Below are positions 7,330 to 16,648 of a DNA stretch of 32,000 nt, piece after piece. The DNA comes from Bariatricus massiliensis (GTDB taxonomy: Bacteria; Bacillota; Clostridia; Lachnospirales; Lachnospiraceae). Location: the NCBI RefSeq assembly GCF_900086725.1, contig NZ_LT574836.1, forward strand, positions 73,088 through 105,087, in the 5' to 3' direction. Position 1 is the stretch's first letter. Each line of letters begins with the position of its first letter. The notes beneath the pieces are model-generated. The model searched no databases. It was not told the DNA's origin and saw only the letters and a list, made by a program, of their open reading frames with translations. The position numbers were made by a program, and so were the translations under genes.

Positions 7330-8220
7330 ATGTCTATTTTTACGGGTTCAGGGGTTGCGATCGTTACGCCGTTTCATGCGGATGAGAGCGTTAACTATGA
7401 TAAATTGGATGAACTGATCGAGTTTCAGATCAGTAACGGAACAGACAGTATTATTATCTGCGGTACCACGGGTGAATCTTCCACCTTGTCGGAAGAAGAA
7501 CATATGGACTGCATCAAATTTGCTATTGAGAGAGTGAAAGGACGGGTGCCGGTCATAGCCGGAACCGGGTCCAACAGTACATACACGACGATTCAGATGT
7601 CGAAAGAGGCAGTGGAAGACGGGGCCGACGGATTACTTCTTGTCACTCCGTATTACAATAAGTGTACACAGGCCGGACTTGCGGCACACTATACGGCGGT
7701 TGCCAAAGAAGCTAAGGCGCCGATTATTTTGTACAGCGTAGCGAGCCGTACAGGTGTTAATATTGCACCGGAGACAGTGGCGTCCCTTGTGAAGGACGTG
7801 GAGAATATTGTGGCGGTAAAAGAAGCGTCAGGCAATATTTCTCAGATCGCGAAGATCATGCATCTCACGGACGGGAATGTTGATCTGTATTCCGGCAATG
7901 ACGATCAGGTTGTTCCTCTTTTGGCGCTGGGAGGCAAGGGCGTGATTTCCGTACTTGCCAATATCGCACCGAAGTATACACACGAGATGTGTGCGAAGTA
8001 TTTTGCCGGTGACACGAAGGGAAGCTGTAAGATGCAGCTGGATGCGATTCCTCTGATAGAGAAATTATTCTGCGAAGTAAACCCGATACCGGTGAAGAAG
8101 GCGCTCAACCTTATGGGGATGGAAGCCGGCCCGCTTCGTATGCCGCTCACAGAGATGACAGAAGCTAATGCGGCTAAGCTTGCCGGGGAGATGAAGGCTT
8201 TCGGTCTTAAGCTCGCATAA
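7330..8220 (+). CDS. dapA: 4-hydroxy-tetrahydrodipicolinate synthase
   Basis: 296 aa. GVAIVTPF, ICGTTGES, the Schiff-base lysine context VAVKEASGN, and the TPYYNK motif. AGGAGG lies 7 nt upstream. Confidence 0.95.
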   Translation: MSIFTGSGVAIVTPFHADESVNYDKLDELIEFQISNGTDSIIICGTTGESSTLSEEEHMDCIKFAIERVKGRVPVIAGTGSNSTYTTIQMSKEAVEDGADGLLLVTPYYNKCTQAGLAAHYTAVAKEAKAPIILYSVASRTGVNIAPETVASLVKDVENIVAVKEASGNISQIAKIMHLTDGNVDLYSGNDDQVVPLLALGGKGVISVLANIAPKYTHEMCAKYFAGDTKGSCKMQLDAIPLIEKLFCEVNPIPVKKALNLMGMEAGPLRMPLTEMTEANAAKLAGEMKAFGLKLA

Positions 8221-8247
8221 ATATAGAAGGAACACAGCATAAAGTAT

Positions 8248-8277
8248 AAGGCGAAATGTCGAAAGATATTTCGCCTT
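8248..8277 (+). other. Perfect 10-bp hairpin between dapA and dapB (possible attenuator or RNA-stability element)
   Basis: AAGGCGAAAT (8248-8257), loop gtcgaaagat, ATTTCGCCTT (8268-8277). Only a weak T tail follows (cattgta). Confidence 0.35.
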
Positions 8278-8325
8278 CATTGTATGTAGACAATTGTGAA
8301 AATATTTACAAAGGGAGGAAACAAA

Positions 8326-9084
8326 ATGGTAAAAGCAATTATGCACGGATGTAACGGGAAAATGGGTCAGGTGATAACCGGGCTCGTCAGAGATGACAGT
8401 GGAATTGAGATTGTGGCCGGCATAGACAAGTACCGGGGAGTCGAGAACACTTATCCTGTATTTGATACGCTGGAAGCGTGTGATGTGGAAGCGGATGTAG
8501 TGATTGATTTCTCCAATGCCGCGGCGGTGGACGAGCTTCTGGCTGTCTGCGCGGAGAGGGTGCTTCCGGTGGTACTGTGTACAACAGGGCTTTCTGAAGA
8601 ACAGCTGCAGAATGTACAGCGTATCAGTGAAAAAACGGCGGTGCTGCGCTCTGCCAACATGTCGCTTGGCGTGAACCTTTTAATGAAACTGCTGAAGGAG
8701 GCGGCGTCCGTACTTGCGCCGGCCGGATTCGACATTGAATTGGTGGAGAAGCATCATAATTTGAAAGTGGACGCACCCAGTGGTACGGCCATTGCTATGG
8801 CGGATTCTATCAATGAAGCGCTTGACAATGAATATGTCTATAATTACGACCGCAGCAAGGAGCGGAAAAAGAGAGAAAAGAAAGAAATCGGCATTGTCGC
8901 GGTGCGTGGGGGAACAATCGTAGGACAGCATGATGTAATCTTTGCGGGGGCAGATGAAGTCATTGAGTTCCAACATACAGCGTACTCTAAAGCTGTCTTC
9001 GGCAAGGGGGCTGTGGAAGCTGCTAAATTCCTCGCGGGAAAGCCTGCGGGGAGATATGATATGAGTGATGTTATCCAGTTCTAA
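8326..9084 (+). CDS. dapB: 4-hydroxy-tetrahydrodipicolinate reductase
   Basis: GCNGKMG dinucleotide-binding motif and the EKHHNLKVDAPSGTA signature. The track start at 8296 is a GTG. The ATG at 8326 has AGGGAGG 6 nt upstream. Confidence 0.93.
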   Translation: MVKAIMHGCNGKMGQVITGLVRDDSGIEIVAGIDKYRGVENTYPVFDTLEACDVEADVVIDFSNAAAVDELLAVCAERVLPVVLCTTGLSEEQLQNVQRISEKTAVLRSANMSLGVNLLMKLLKEAASVLAPAGFDIELVEKHHNLKVDAPSGTAIAMADSINEALDNEYVYNYDRSKERKKREKKEIGIVAVRGGTIVGQHDVIFAGADEVIEFQHTAYSKAVFGKGAVEAAKFLAGKPAGRYDMSDVIQF

Positions 9085-9117
9085 ATAGAAGAGATATACA
9101 TTTGGGAGGAAATGAAA

Positions 9118-11070
9118 ATGGAAATGTTGATGGAGAAGTATTTGGAAAGGCTGTCAGAGCTGTATCCGTCCATAGCGGCGGCTTCCACGGAGGTTATCAA
9201 CCTGCAGGCTATTCTGAATCTTCCGAAGGGGACGGAGCACTTTCTTACCGATATTCACGGAGAGTATGAAGCGTTTTCTCATGTGCTGAAAAATGGCTCG
9301 GGTTCTGTGAAACGGAAAATTGATGATGTGTTCGCGAACACGATGAGCGCAAGAGATAAACAGACGCTGGCGACGCTGATATATTATCCGCGGGAGAAAA
9401 TAGAGCGTATCAAAAAGGAAGAGCCTAATATGGACGATTGGTATAAGATCATGCTTTACCGGCTGATCGAAATCAGCAAAGGCGCGGCAAGCAAGTATAC
9501 ACGCTCCAAGGTGAGAAAAGCGCTTCCAAAGGATTTTGCCTATGTAATCGAAGAATTGATTACGGAAAAACAGGGGATGATGGATAAAGAATCTTATTAT
9601 GCTTCCATCATCAGTACGATTATCCGCATCGGGCGTGCGGAAGAATTTATTGTGGCGCTTTGTGAGCTGATTCAGAGGCTTACGGTAGATCATCTGCATA
9701 TTGTGGGGGACATTTATGACAGAGGGCCCGGACCGCATATCATTATGGATAAGCTTATGGAGCATCACTCTATCGACATTCAGTGGGGAAATCATGATGT
9801 GCTCTGGATGGGGGCGGCAGCGGGACAAAAGTGCTGCATCGCAAATGTGATCCGCATCTGCGCGCGCTATGGGAATCTGGATATCCTTGAGGATGGATAT
9901 GGGATTAACCTCCTGCCTCTGGCAACCTTTTCCTGGAAAAAATACGCAAAGGATCCATGCGAGTGTTTCAAGCTGAAAGGCCAGGGGGAAGAAAGACCGC
10001 AGGAGACAGAGCTGAATATGAAGATGCATAAAGCCATCTCGATTATCCAGTTTAAAGTGGAAGGACAGATTTCACAGGAGTATCCGGAATTTGGATTTGA
10101 GCGGCGTAATTTTCTGCATCTGATTGATTATAATGAAGGTGAGATTACGATAGACGGGGAAGAGTACAGCCTGCTGGACGATTATTTCCCGACGATAGAC
10201 CCGGAGAATCCATATGCCCTTTCGGAAGAAGAAGAGCATATTATGAACAGGCTTGTCAGTGCGTTCCAGAACTGCGAGAAACTTCAGTGCCATATGCGTT
10301 TCCTCCTGAATAAGGGGAGTCTGTTCAAGATTTATAATTCAAACCTCCTCTATCATGGCTGTGTGCCACTGGATGAAGAAGGGAATTTTAAAAGCGTTGT
10401 GGTCGATGGGAAGCGTTATAAAGGGCGTGCGCTCTATGAAATTTTAGAATCTTATGTGAGAAAAGGTTTTTTTGCCGTTGATCAAAGAGAAAAAGAGCTG
10501 GGCAAGAACTTGATGTGGTATATTTGGCAGGGAGAAAACTCCCCGCTGTTCGCCAAGGATAAGATGGCCACCTTTGAGCGGTATTTCCTTGCGGAGGAAG
10601 AACTGCATAAAGAGAAGAAAAATCCATATTATAACTTTTTGGAAAATGAGGCGGTCATGAACAAGATACTCACGGAGTTCGGCCTGTCCACAGAGCGGTC
10701 CCATATTATCAATGGACATATTCCCGTGAAAACAAAAAATGGAGAGAATCCTATCAAATGTAACGGGAAAGTTCTGGTCATAGACGGCGGATTCTCGAAA
10801 GCGTACCAGAAAGAGACGGGCATCGCAGGATATACCTTGATTTACAATTCATACGGATTGATTTTGGCCGCCCATGAGCCATTTGAATCCACAGAGGCAG
10901 CTATTGAAAAGGAAAAAGATATCCACTCAGACAGTGTGATCGTCAAGCGGGTCGTATCGAGAAAGACGGTGGGCGATACGGATGTCGGCAAAGAACTCCG
11001 AGAGCGTATTGAGGATTTGGAGGCTCTTCTGGCTGCTTACCGAAGTGGTACAATCATTGAAAAAGTTTAA
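9118..11070 (+). CDS. fbp: Fructose-1,6-bisphosphatase, class 3
   Basis: About 650 aa. INLQAILNLPKGTEHFLTDIHGEYEAFSHVLKNGSGSVKRKIDD and GDIYDRGP...QWGNHD are typical of the Firmicute class 3 FBPase (metallophosphoesterase). The first ATG (9112) is only 2 nt from GGGAGG, whereas the ATG at 9118 is 8 nt away. The start is uncertain by 2-6 codons. Confidence 0.93.
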   Translation: MEMLMEKYLERLSELYPSIAAASTEVINLQAILNLPKGTEHFLTDIHGEYEAFSHVLKNGSGSVKRKIDDVFANTMSARDKQTLATLIYYPREKIERIKKEEPNMDDWYKIMLYRLIEISKGAASKYTRSKVRKALPKDFAYVIEELITEKQGMMDKESYYASIISTIIRIGRAEEFIVALCELIQRLTVDHLHIVGDIYDRGPGPHIIMDKLMEHHSIDIQWGNHDVLWMGAAAGQKCCIANVIRICARYGNLDILEDGYGINLLPLATFSWKKYAKDPCECFKLKGQGEERPQETELNMKMHKAISIIQFKVEGQISQEYPEFGFERRNFLHLIDYNEGEITIDGEEYSLLDDYFPTIDPENPYALSEEEEHIMNRLVSAFQNCEKLQCHMRFLLNKGSLFKIYNSNLLYHGCVPLDEEGNFKSVVVDGKRYKGRALYEILESYVRKGFFAVDQREKELGKNLMWYIWQGENSPLFAKDKMATFERYFLAEEELHKEKKNPYYNFLENEAVMNKILTEFGLSTERSHIINGHIPVKTKNGENPIKCNGKVLVIDGGFSKAYQKETGIAGYTLIYNSYGLILAAHEPFESTEAAIEKEKDIHSDSVIVKRVVSRKTVGDTDVGKELRERIEDLEALLAAYRSGTIIEKV

Positions 11071-11162
11071 GTTTGTAAAATTTTCCAAGGCATATTTTTC
11101 TGTAATCTGCAAATAGTATTAGTAACCTAAAATTTACATTTACAGAAAGGGAGATTAGGAAA

Positions 11163-11495
11163 ATGAAACACTTAAAGAAAATGATAGCATTGCTTATCTG
11201 TGTACTGGCAATGGGATGTATGACAGCATGTGGAAGTAATAAGGACACAACAGACGGAACTACAGAGAATGGAACTACTGAAAACGGCACAACGAATAAT
11301 AACGGAACCACAGACGGCGCCAATGATAAAAAGGACAACAACGTAAATGACGCTACAAATGGTTCAGACGATAATGGAAATCTTTTGGATGACGCGGCTG
11401 ACGACGTGCGTGACGGCATAGATGACGCGGCTAATCATGTAGATGACGCAAAAGACAATGCTACCGACGGGAACAGGACACCGGCAGCAGAGTAA
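11163..11495 (+). CDS. Small acidic low-complexity lipoprotein
   Basis: 110 aa. It has a signal peptide with a lipobox-like MTA|CGSN. The mature part is D/N/T/G-rich, with GTTEN-GTTEN-GTTNN-GTTDG repeats and three DDA(A/K) motifs. GGGAGA lies upstream and a strong terminator follows. Confidence 0.6.
   Translation: MKHLKKMIALLICVLAMGCMTACGSNKDTTDGTTENGTTENGTTNNNGTTDGANDKKDNNVNDATNGSDDNGNLLDDAADDVRDGIDDAANHVDDAKDNATDGNRTPAAE
11244..11318 (+). repeat. In-frame degenerate 15-nt tandem repeat encoding (D/G)TT(D/E/N)(G/N) units
   Basis: The peptide reads DTTDG TTENG TTENG TTNNN GTTDG. The nucleotide sequence is ggaactacagagaat / ggaactactgaaaac / ggcacaacgaataat ... Confidence 0.7.
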
Positions 11496-11512
11496 CACAG
11501 TGAAAGGGAGCA

Positions 11513-11549
11513 GGGGAACCGGGAAACCGGTTCCCCCCTTTGTCTTTTT
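11513..11549 (+). terminator. Intrinsic terminator after the lipoprotein gene
   Basis: GGGGAACCGG (11513-11522), loop gaaa, CCGGTTCCCC (11527-11536), then a T-rich tail cctttgtcttttt. Confidence 0.75.
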
Positions 11550-11610
11550 ATTATGGAAAAATGTCCGCAGCTGTGATACAATTAGCGGGTAACAGAGGAG
11601 GAAATAAGAT

Positions 11611-12378
11611 ATGAAATTCCGGCCATGCATAGATATACATAACGGGGCGGTCAAACAGATTGTAGGTGGCAGCCTGAAAGACAAAAATGATACGGCCCAG
11701 ACAAATTTTACATCGGTTTATGGAGCGGATTACTACGCGGATATGTATAAAAAGGATGGACTGAGGGGAGGGCACATTATTCTGCTCAACCCGGCCACAT
11801 CTCCTTATTATGCAGATACAAAGGCGCAGGCTTTTAAGGCGCTTCGTGCATATCCCAGTGGAATGCAGCTGGGCGGTGGAATCACGGCTGAAAATGCGGA
11901 AGAGTATCTTGAGGCGGGGGCAAGCCATGTGATTGTGACTTCTTATGTCTTTCGGGACGGGGAAATTAAGTGGGACAATTTAAAGGCGCTGGCACAGGCC
12001 GCAGGGCGGGATAAGACTGTTTTGGATCTGAGCTGCCGCAGGCGGGGGAATGATTATTACATCGTGACTGAACGGTGGCAGACATTTACAAATGTATCGC
12101 TGAGCAGCGCACTGTTGGATACGCTTGCCGAATACTGTGCCGAATTCCTCATACACGGTGTTGATGTGGAGGGGAAAGGGGCAGGCATGGACGAAGGTCT
12201 GGTGCGCCTGCTGGCAACATGGGACGGTCTGCCCATCACCTACGCGGGAGGAATCGGGACGGTGCAGGATTTGGATAGATTCGCGGAGCTGAGCCAAAAG
12301 AAGCTGGATTTTACAATCGGAAGCGCGCTGGATTTGTTCGGAGGGAGTATTCCCTATGCGGACATAAGAAAGTTATGA
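11611..12378 (+). CDS. hisA: ProFAR isomerase of the eukaryotic His6 type (HisA-like)
   Basis: 255 aa. FRPCIDIHNGAVKQIVGGSL....TNF.S....YYA.MYKKD...GGH.I.L......LGGGI...N..E.L..GASHVIVTS..F....I....L......G.D..VLDLSCR.....Y.IV...WQT.T...L.......L...C.EFLIH..DVEG...G.DE.LV..L......ITYAGG......L........K.DFT.GS.LD.FGG is colinear with yeast His6 as I recall it. Confidence 0.8.
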   Translation: MKFRPCIDIHNGAVKQIVGGSLKDKNDTAQTNFTSVYGADYYADMYKKDGLRGGHIILLNPATSPYYADTKAQAFKALRAYPSGMQLGGGITAENAEEYLEAGASHVIVTSYVFRDGEIKWDNLKALAQAAGRDKTVLDLSCRRRGNDYYIVTERWQTFTNVSLSSALLDTLAEYCAEFLIHGVDVEGKGAGMDEGLVRLLATWDGLPITYAGGIGTVQDLDRFAELSQKKLDFTIGSALDLFGGSIPYADIRKL

Positions 12379-12416
12379 ACAAGCAGGAAAGAGTTTGTTA
12401 ACATATTATAAATTGA

Positions 12417-12445
12417 TTGAAGAAGTTAGCAAATAGTGCTAGAAT
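12417..12445 (+). promoter_or_regulatory. Promoter for secA
   Basis: TTGAAG (12417-12422), a 17-nt spacer and TAGAAT (12440-12445) with a TG extension (TGcTAGAAT). Confidence 0.5.
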
Positions 12446-12478
12446 GTGGAATAGAGTTGTGGATAAGGAGTTAATAAA

Positions 12479-15046
12479 ATGGGCTTAATTGAAAAAATAT
12501 TTGGAACACATAGTGAAAATGAGTTAAAAAGGATTTATCCGATTGTAGATCACATTGAAGCGTTGGAGCCGGAGATGCAGCAGCTGTCCGACATGGAATT
12601 AAAGGCCAAGACACGTGAGTTCAAGGAGCGTTTGGAAAAGGGTGAGACTCTGGATGATATTCTCCCGGAGGCATTTGCCGTTGTGCGTGAAGCGGCGGTC
12701 AGAAGCATTGGCATGCGCCATTACCGCGTGCAGCTCGTCGGTGGTATTATACTGCATCAGGGCCGTATTGCCGAGATGAGAACCGGTGAAGGTAAGACAC
12801 TTGTCTCTACACTTCCGGCTTATTTGAATGCGTTGACCGGCGAGGGCGTACACATCGTCACGGTCAATGATTATTTGGCAAAGCGTGATGCTGAGTGGAT
12901 GGGTCAGGTACATGAGTTTTTAGGACTTACGGTGGGCGTTGTGCTGAACTCTATGGATAATGATGAGCGGCGTGCGGCGTATAATTGTGATATTACTTAT
13001 GTGACGAACAATGAATTAGGATTTGATTACCTGAGGGATAACATGGTAATTTATAAGGAACAGCTGGTACAGCGGGGGATGAAATTTGCCGTCATCGATG
13101 AGGTCGACTCTGTCCTTATTGACGAGGCGAGAACTCCTCTTATCATTTCCGGACAGAGCGGAAAATCTACCAAGCTTTATGAAGCTTGTGATATTCTTGC
13201 AAGACAGATGGAAAAAGGGGAAGCCAGCGGAGAATTCTCTAAGATGAACGCTATTATGGGCGAGGATATCGAAGAGACCGGAGATTTTATTGTCAATGAA
13301 AAGGAGCGCAATGTCAATCTGACAGAAGATGGCGTCAAGAAGGTGGAGAAATTTTTCCATCTTGACAACCTTGCCGATCCTGAGAATCTTGAAATCCAGC
13401 ACAATATCATTCTGGCCCTCAGGGCACATAATCTGATGTTCCGTGATCAGGATTATGTGGTCAAGGATGACGAGGTTCTGATCGTGGATGAGTTCACCGG
13501 ACGTATTATGCCGGGACGCCGTTATTCAGACGGCCTGCATCAGGCCATCGAGGCGAAAGAACATGTGAAAGTTAAACGGGAAAGCAAGACGCTTGCGACT
13601 ATTACTTTCCAGAATTTATTCAATAAGTATGATAAGAAGAGCGGTATGACCGGTACTGCTTTGACAGAAGAAAAGGAGTTCCGTGACATTTACGGGATGG
13701 ATGTTATTGAGATTCCGACCAATGTACCTGTACAGAGAATGGATTTAGATGATGTCGTATATAAGACAAAAAAAGAAAAATATAATGCGGTAATCGAGGA
13801 GATAATTGAGGCCAACAAGAAGGGGCAGCCGGTACTGGTCGGCACGATTACGATTGAGACTTCCGAGCTTCTGAGCAAGATGCTCACAAGACAGGGCATC
13901 AAGCATAATGTATTGAATGCCAAATTTCATGAGATGGAGGCTGAAATCGTCGCGCAGGCCGGACAGCATGGGGCAGTTACTATCGCTACCAACATGGCCG
14001 GACGTGGTACGGATATCAAGCTTGACGATAAGGCGAGGGAGGCAGGCGGCCTGAAGATTATCGGTACCGAGCGCCATGAATCCCGGCGTATCGATAATCA
14101 GCTGCGCGGCCGTTCCGGCCGTCAGGGCGACCCGGGTGAATCCAGATTTTATATTTCTCTGGAGGACGATTTGATGCGTCTGTTCGGCTCCGAGAGGCTG
14201 ATGGATGTATTTACCACATTGGGAGTGGAAGAAGGCGAGCAGATCGAGCATAAGATGCTTTCCAATGCCATTGAAAAAGCACAGAAGAAGATAGAGAACA
14301 ATAACTTTGGTATTCGTAAGAACCTGTTAGAATACGATCAAGTCATGAATGAACAGAGAGAAATCATCTACGAGGAGCGCCGCCGGGTATTGGACGGAGA
14401 GAATATGCGGGATTCCATCTTCCATATGATTACGGAGTATGTGGAGAATACAGTGGATTCCAATATATCTCCTGACGTGGACTATGAAGAATGGGATTTG
14501 AAGCCGCTGAATGTAGATTTGTTGAATGTCATTCCGATTCTCAAGCCGGTAAGCACGGATGACGTCAAAGGCATGGAGGTCAATCAGCTCAAGCACATGC
14601 TCAAAGAGCGGGCAGCAAAGGCTTACGAAGAAAAAGAAGCGGAATTCCCTGAGGCAGAGCATCTTCGTGAAGTGGAACGTGTATTCCTGCTGCGTGTAAT
14701 TGACGCGAAGTGGATGGACCATATTGACGATATGGATCAGCTCCGCCAAGGAATCGGACTGCAGGCTTATGGGCAGAGAGACCCGTTGGTAGAATATAAG
14801 ATGCTGGGATATGATATGTTCGGAGAGATGACCCGGGCTATCACTACAGATACAGTCCGTCTTTTGTTCCATGTGAAGATCGAGCAGAAGGTAGAACGTG
14901 AGCAGGTTGCCAAGGTGACTGGAACGAACAAAGATGACAGCGCCGTAAAAGCGCCTAAAGTGCGTTCCGAGAAGAAAGTATATCCAAACGACCCGTGTCC
15001 GTGTGGAAGCGGGAAGAAATATAAACAGTGCTGTGGACGCAAATAG
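12479..15046 (+). CDS. secA: Preprotein translocase ATPase SecA
   Basis: 855 aa. [10 protein letters not shown] (Walker A), [19 protein letters not shown] (DEAD-like), [12 protein letters not shown], and a C-terminal zinc finger [14 protein letters not shown]. Confidence 0.98.
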   Translation: MGLIEKIFGTHSENELKRIYPIVDHIEALEPEMQQLSDMELKAKTREFKERLEKGETLDDILPEAFAVVREAAVRSIGMRHYRVQLVGGIILHQGRIAEMRTGEGKTLVSTLPAYLNALTGEGVHIVTVNDYLAKRDAEWMGQVHEFLGLTVGVVLNSMDNDERRAAYNCDITYVTNNELGFDYLRDNMVIYKEQLVQRGMKFAVIDEVDSVLIDEARTPLIISGQSGKSTKLYEACDILARQMEKGEASGEFSKMNAIMGEDIEETGDFIVNEKERNVNLTEDGVKKVEKFFHLDNLADPENLEIQHNIILALRAHNLMFRDQDYVVKDDEVLIVDEFTGRIMPGRRYSDGLHQAIEAKEHVKVKRESKTLATITFQNLFNKYDKKSGMTGTALTEEKEFRDIYGMDVIEIPTNVPVQRMDLDDVVYKTKKEKYNAVIEEIIEANKKGQPVLVGTITIETSELLSKMLTRQGIKHNVLNAKFHEMEAEIVAQAGQHGAVTIATNMAGRGTDIKLDDKAREAGGLKIIGTERHESRRIDNQLRGRSGRQGDPGESRFYISLEDDLMRLFGSERLMDVFTTLGVEEGEQIEHKMLSNAIEKAQKKIENNNFGIRKNLLEYDQVMNEQREIIYEERRRVLDGENMRDSIFHMITEYVENTVDSNISPDVDYEEWDLKPLNVDLLNVIPILKPVSTDDVKGMEVNQLKHMLKERAAKAYEEKEAEFPEAEHLREVERVFLLRVIDAKWMDHIDDMDQLRQGIGLQAYGQRDPLVEYKMLGYDMFGEMTRAITTDTVRLLFHVKIEQKVEREQVAKVTGTNKDDSAVKAPKVRSEKKVYPNDPCPCGSGKKYKQCCGRK

Positions 15047-15099
15047 GCAGATGCGGCAGCGGATAGGCGTTATCCGAAAAAAAGATTTGAGGTGAGAAT

Positions 15100-16210
15100 G
15101 TGGTTGAATTAGACGGATATAAAATGACTTTGAATGCGTACGAAGAACCTCTGAAAGAATTGAGGGATTCACTTTGACTTACCGGCAAAAGAGCAGCGGC
15201 TGGAAGAGTTGGAAAGAAAGATAGAAGAACCGGGCTTTTGGGATAATGCCGATGAATCTCAAAAAATCATGAAAGAGATGAAAAGTCTGCAGGATTTTTT
15301 GAAAACGGTAGGCGGGTTAACTGCGTCGTATGAAGATATGGGGATGCTGATCGAGCTTGCCGAGGAGGAAGAGGACGCGGATATGATTCCCGAAATCAAA
15401 AAGGATTTGGAGGAGTTTGAAAAGAATTTTGAAGACTTTCGAATCCAGACATTGCTTTCGGGAGAATACGACCGCTGCAATGCGATTGTCACTCTGCACG
15501 CCGGTGCAGGCGGAACGGAAAGCTGCGATTGGGCGAATATGCTCTATAGAATGTATACACGCTATGCGTTTGCAAAAGGATTTTCCCTCACAGTGCTGGA
15601 CTATCAGGATGGTGACATTACAGGACTTAAGGCCATTACGTTTGAAGTGAATGGGGAGAATGCTTATGGGTATTTCCAGTCCGAGAAGGGAGTGCACCGG
15701 CTTGTGCGGATATCACCCTTTAATTCGGCCGGCAAGCGGCAGACGTCCTTTGCGTCCTGTGATGTGATTCCGGATATAGAGGATGAAATCGATATCGAAA
15801 TCAACGACGATGATTTGAAAATTGACACTTACCGCTCCAGCGGCGCGGGAGGCCAGCATATCAACAAGACCTCGTCGGCTGTGCGGATTACCCACCTTCC
15901 CACCGGGATAGTGGTGCAATGCCAAAATGAACGTTCGCAGTTGTTTAACAAGGACAAAGCGATGCAGATGCTGAAAGCAAAGCTTTATCTGCTGAAAAAG
16001 CAGGAGCAGGAAGAGATGGTTTCCGGTATCCGGGGCGAAGTCCGGGATATTAATTTCGGGAGCCAGATACGGTCGTACGTCATGCAGCCCTACACTCTGG
16101 TGAAGGATCACAGGACTAATGTGGAAAACGGTAATGTGAATGCCGTGCTTGACGGCGAACTGGACGGATTTATTAATGCGTATCTGAAGCAAAGGAGCAA
16201 TCATGGATAA
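15100..16210 (+). CDS. prfB: Peptide chain release factor 2, expressed through a programmed +1 ribosomal frameshift at 15172-15178
   Basis: Frame 0 runs from the GTG at 15100: (M)VELDGYKMTLNAYEEPLKELRDSL, then an in-frame TGA at 15175. The +1 frame continues from GAC at 15176: DLPAKEQRLEELERKIEEPGFWDN..., in frame with the track ORF 15209..16210. The SPF motif (RISPFNSAGKRQTSFA) and GGQ motif (SGAGGQHINKT) are present. Total length is about 369 aa. Confidence 0.93.
15162..15178 (+). promoter_or_regulatory. RF2 autoregulatory frameshift cassette (internal SD-like element plus CUU UGA C)
   Basis: GAGGGA (15162-15167), ttca, then CTT TGA C (15172-15178). This matches the canonical prfB frameshift site architecture. 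Confidence 0.85.
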
Positions 16211-16643
16211 TACCAAGTATTTTGTGCTGAAAAAGAAGGCGGTTCCGGAAGTGCTGTTAAAGGTAGTAGAGACAAAGCGTCTGTTAGCGACGAACAGAGG
16301 GATGACTATTCAGGAAGCAACAGACCAGATCGGAATCAGCAGAAGTTCTTTTTATAAGTATAAGGATGATATTTTTCCATTTCATGAGAATGAGAAAGGA
16401 CAGAACGTTACCATGGTCATCCAGATGGATGACACACCGGGCCTGATGGCGAAGCTGCTGGGCAAGGTGGCCGATTATGGGGCTAATATTCTGACGATTC
16501 ATCAGAGTATTCCAATCAACGGTATAGCCACCCTGACAATCAGCGTGGAAGTTCTCTCTACAACAGGCAATATGTCGGAACTTGTGGAGGAGCTGGAAGA
16601 AAACACAGGCGTTTATTATCTGAAAATAGTAGGCAGGGAGTAA
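16203..16643 (+). CDS. UPF0735-family ACT domain protein with an N-terminal HTH-like segment
   Basis: 146 aa. The N-terminus contains MTIQEATDQIGISRSSFYKYKDD (helix-turn-helix-like). The C-terminus reads VTMVIQMDDTPGLMAKLLGKVADYGANILTIHQSIPINGIATLTISVEV (ACT fold). AAGGAG lies 5 nt upstream. The ATG overlaps the prfB stop (ATGGATAA, 8-nt overlap). Confidence 0.8.
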   Translation: MDNTKYFVLKKKAVPEVLLKVVETKRLLATNRGMTIQEATDQIGISRSSFYKYKDDIFPFHENEKGQNVTMVIQMDDTPGLMAKLLGKVADYGANILTIHQSIPINGIATLTISVEVLSTTGNMSELVEELEENTGVYYLKIVGRE

Positions 16644-16648
16644 TGAGG

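Noticed and set aside
9154-10029. 291-aa antisense ORF inside fbp
   Set aside because: It lies entirely within a strongly supported gene on the other strand. It has R/F/L/H-rich junk composition, no SD and no recognisable domain. This is a typical open antisense frame.
11054-11419. 121-aa minus-strand ORF with VVPFSVVPFSVVPS repeats
   Set aside because: It is the reverse-complement reading of the GTTEN/DDA repeat region. The + strand gene has the SD, the lipoprotein signal and the terminator.
15060-15083. Small hairpin CGGATA-ggcgt-TATCCG followed by A7 between secA and prfB
   Set aside because: The stem is only 6 bp and is followed by A rather than U residues on the coding strand, so it is not a terminator. 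It is too weak to claim any function.
14327-15172. 281-aa antisense ORF spanning the secA 3' end, the spacer and the prfB leader
   Set aside because: It is striking because it stays open across the 53-nt intergenic spacer. However, the peptide is low-quality (F/L/H/R-rich), it has no SD, and both sense genes are certain. I treat it as chance.
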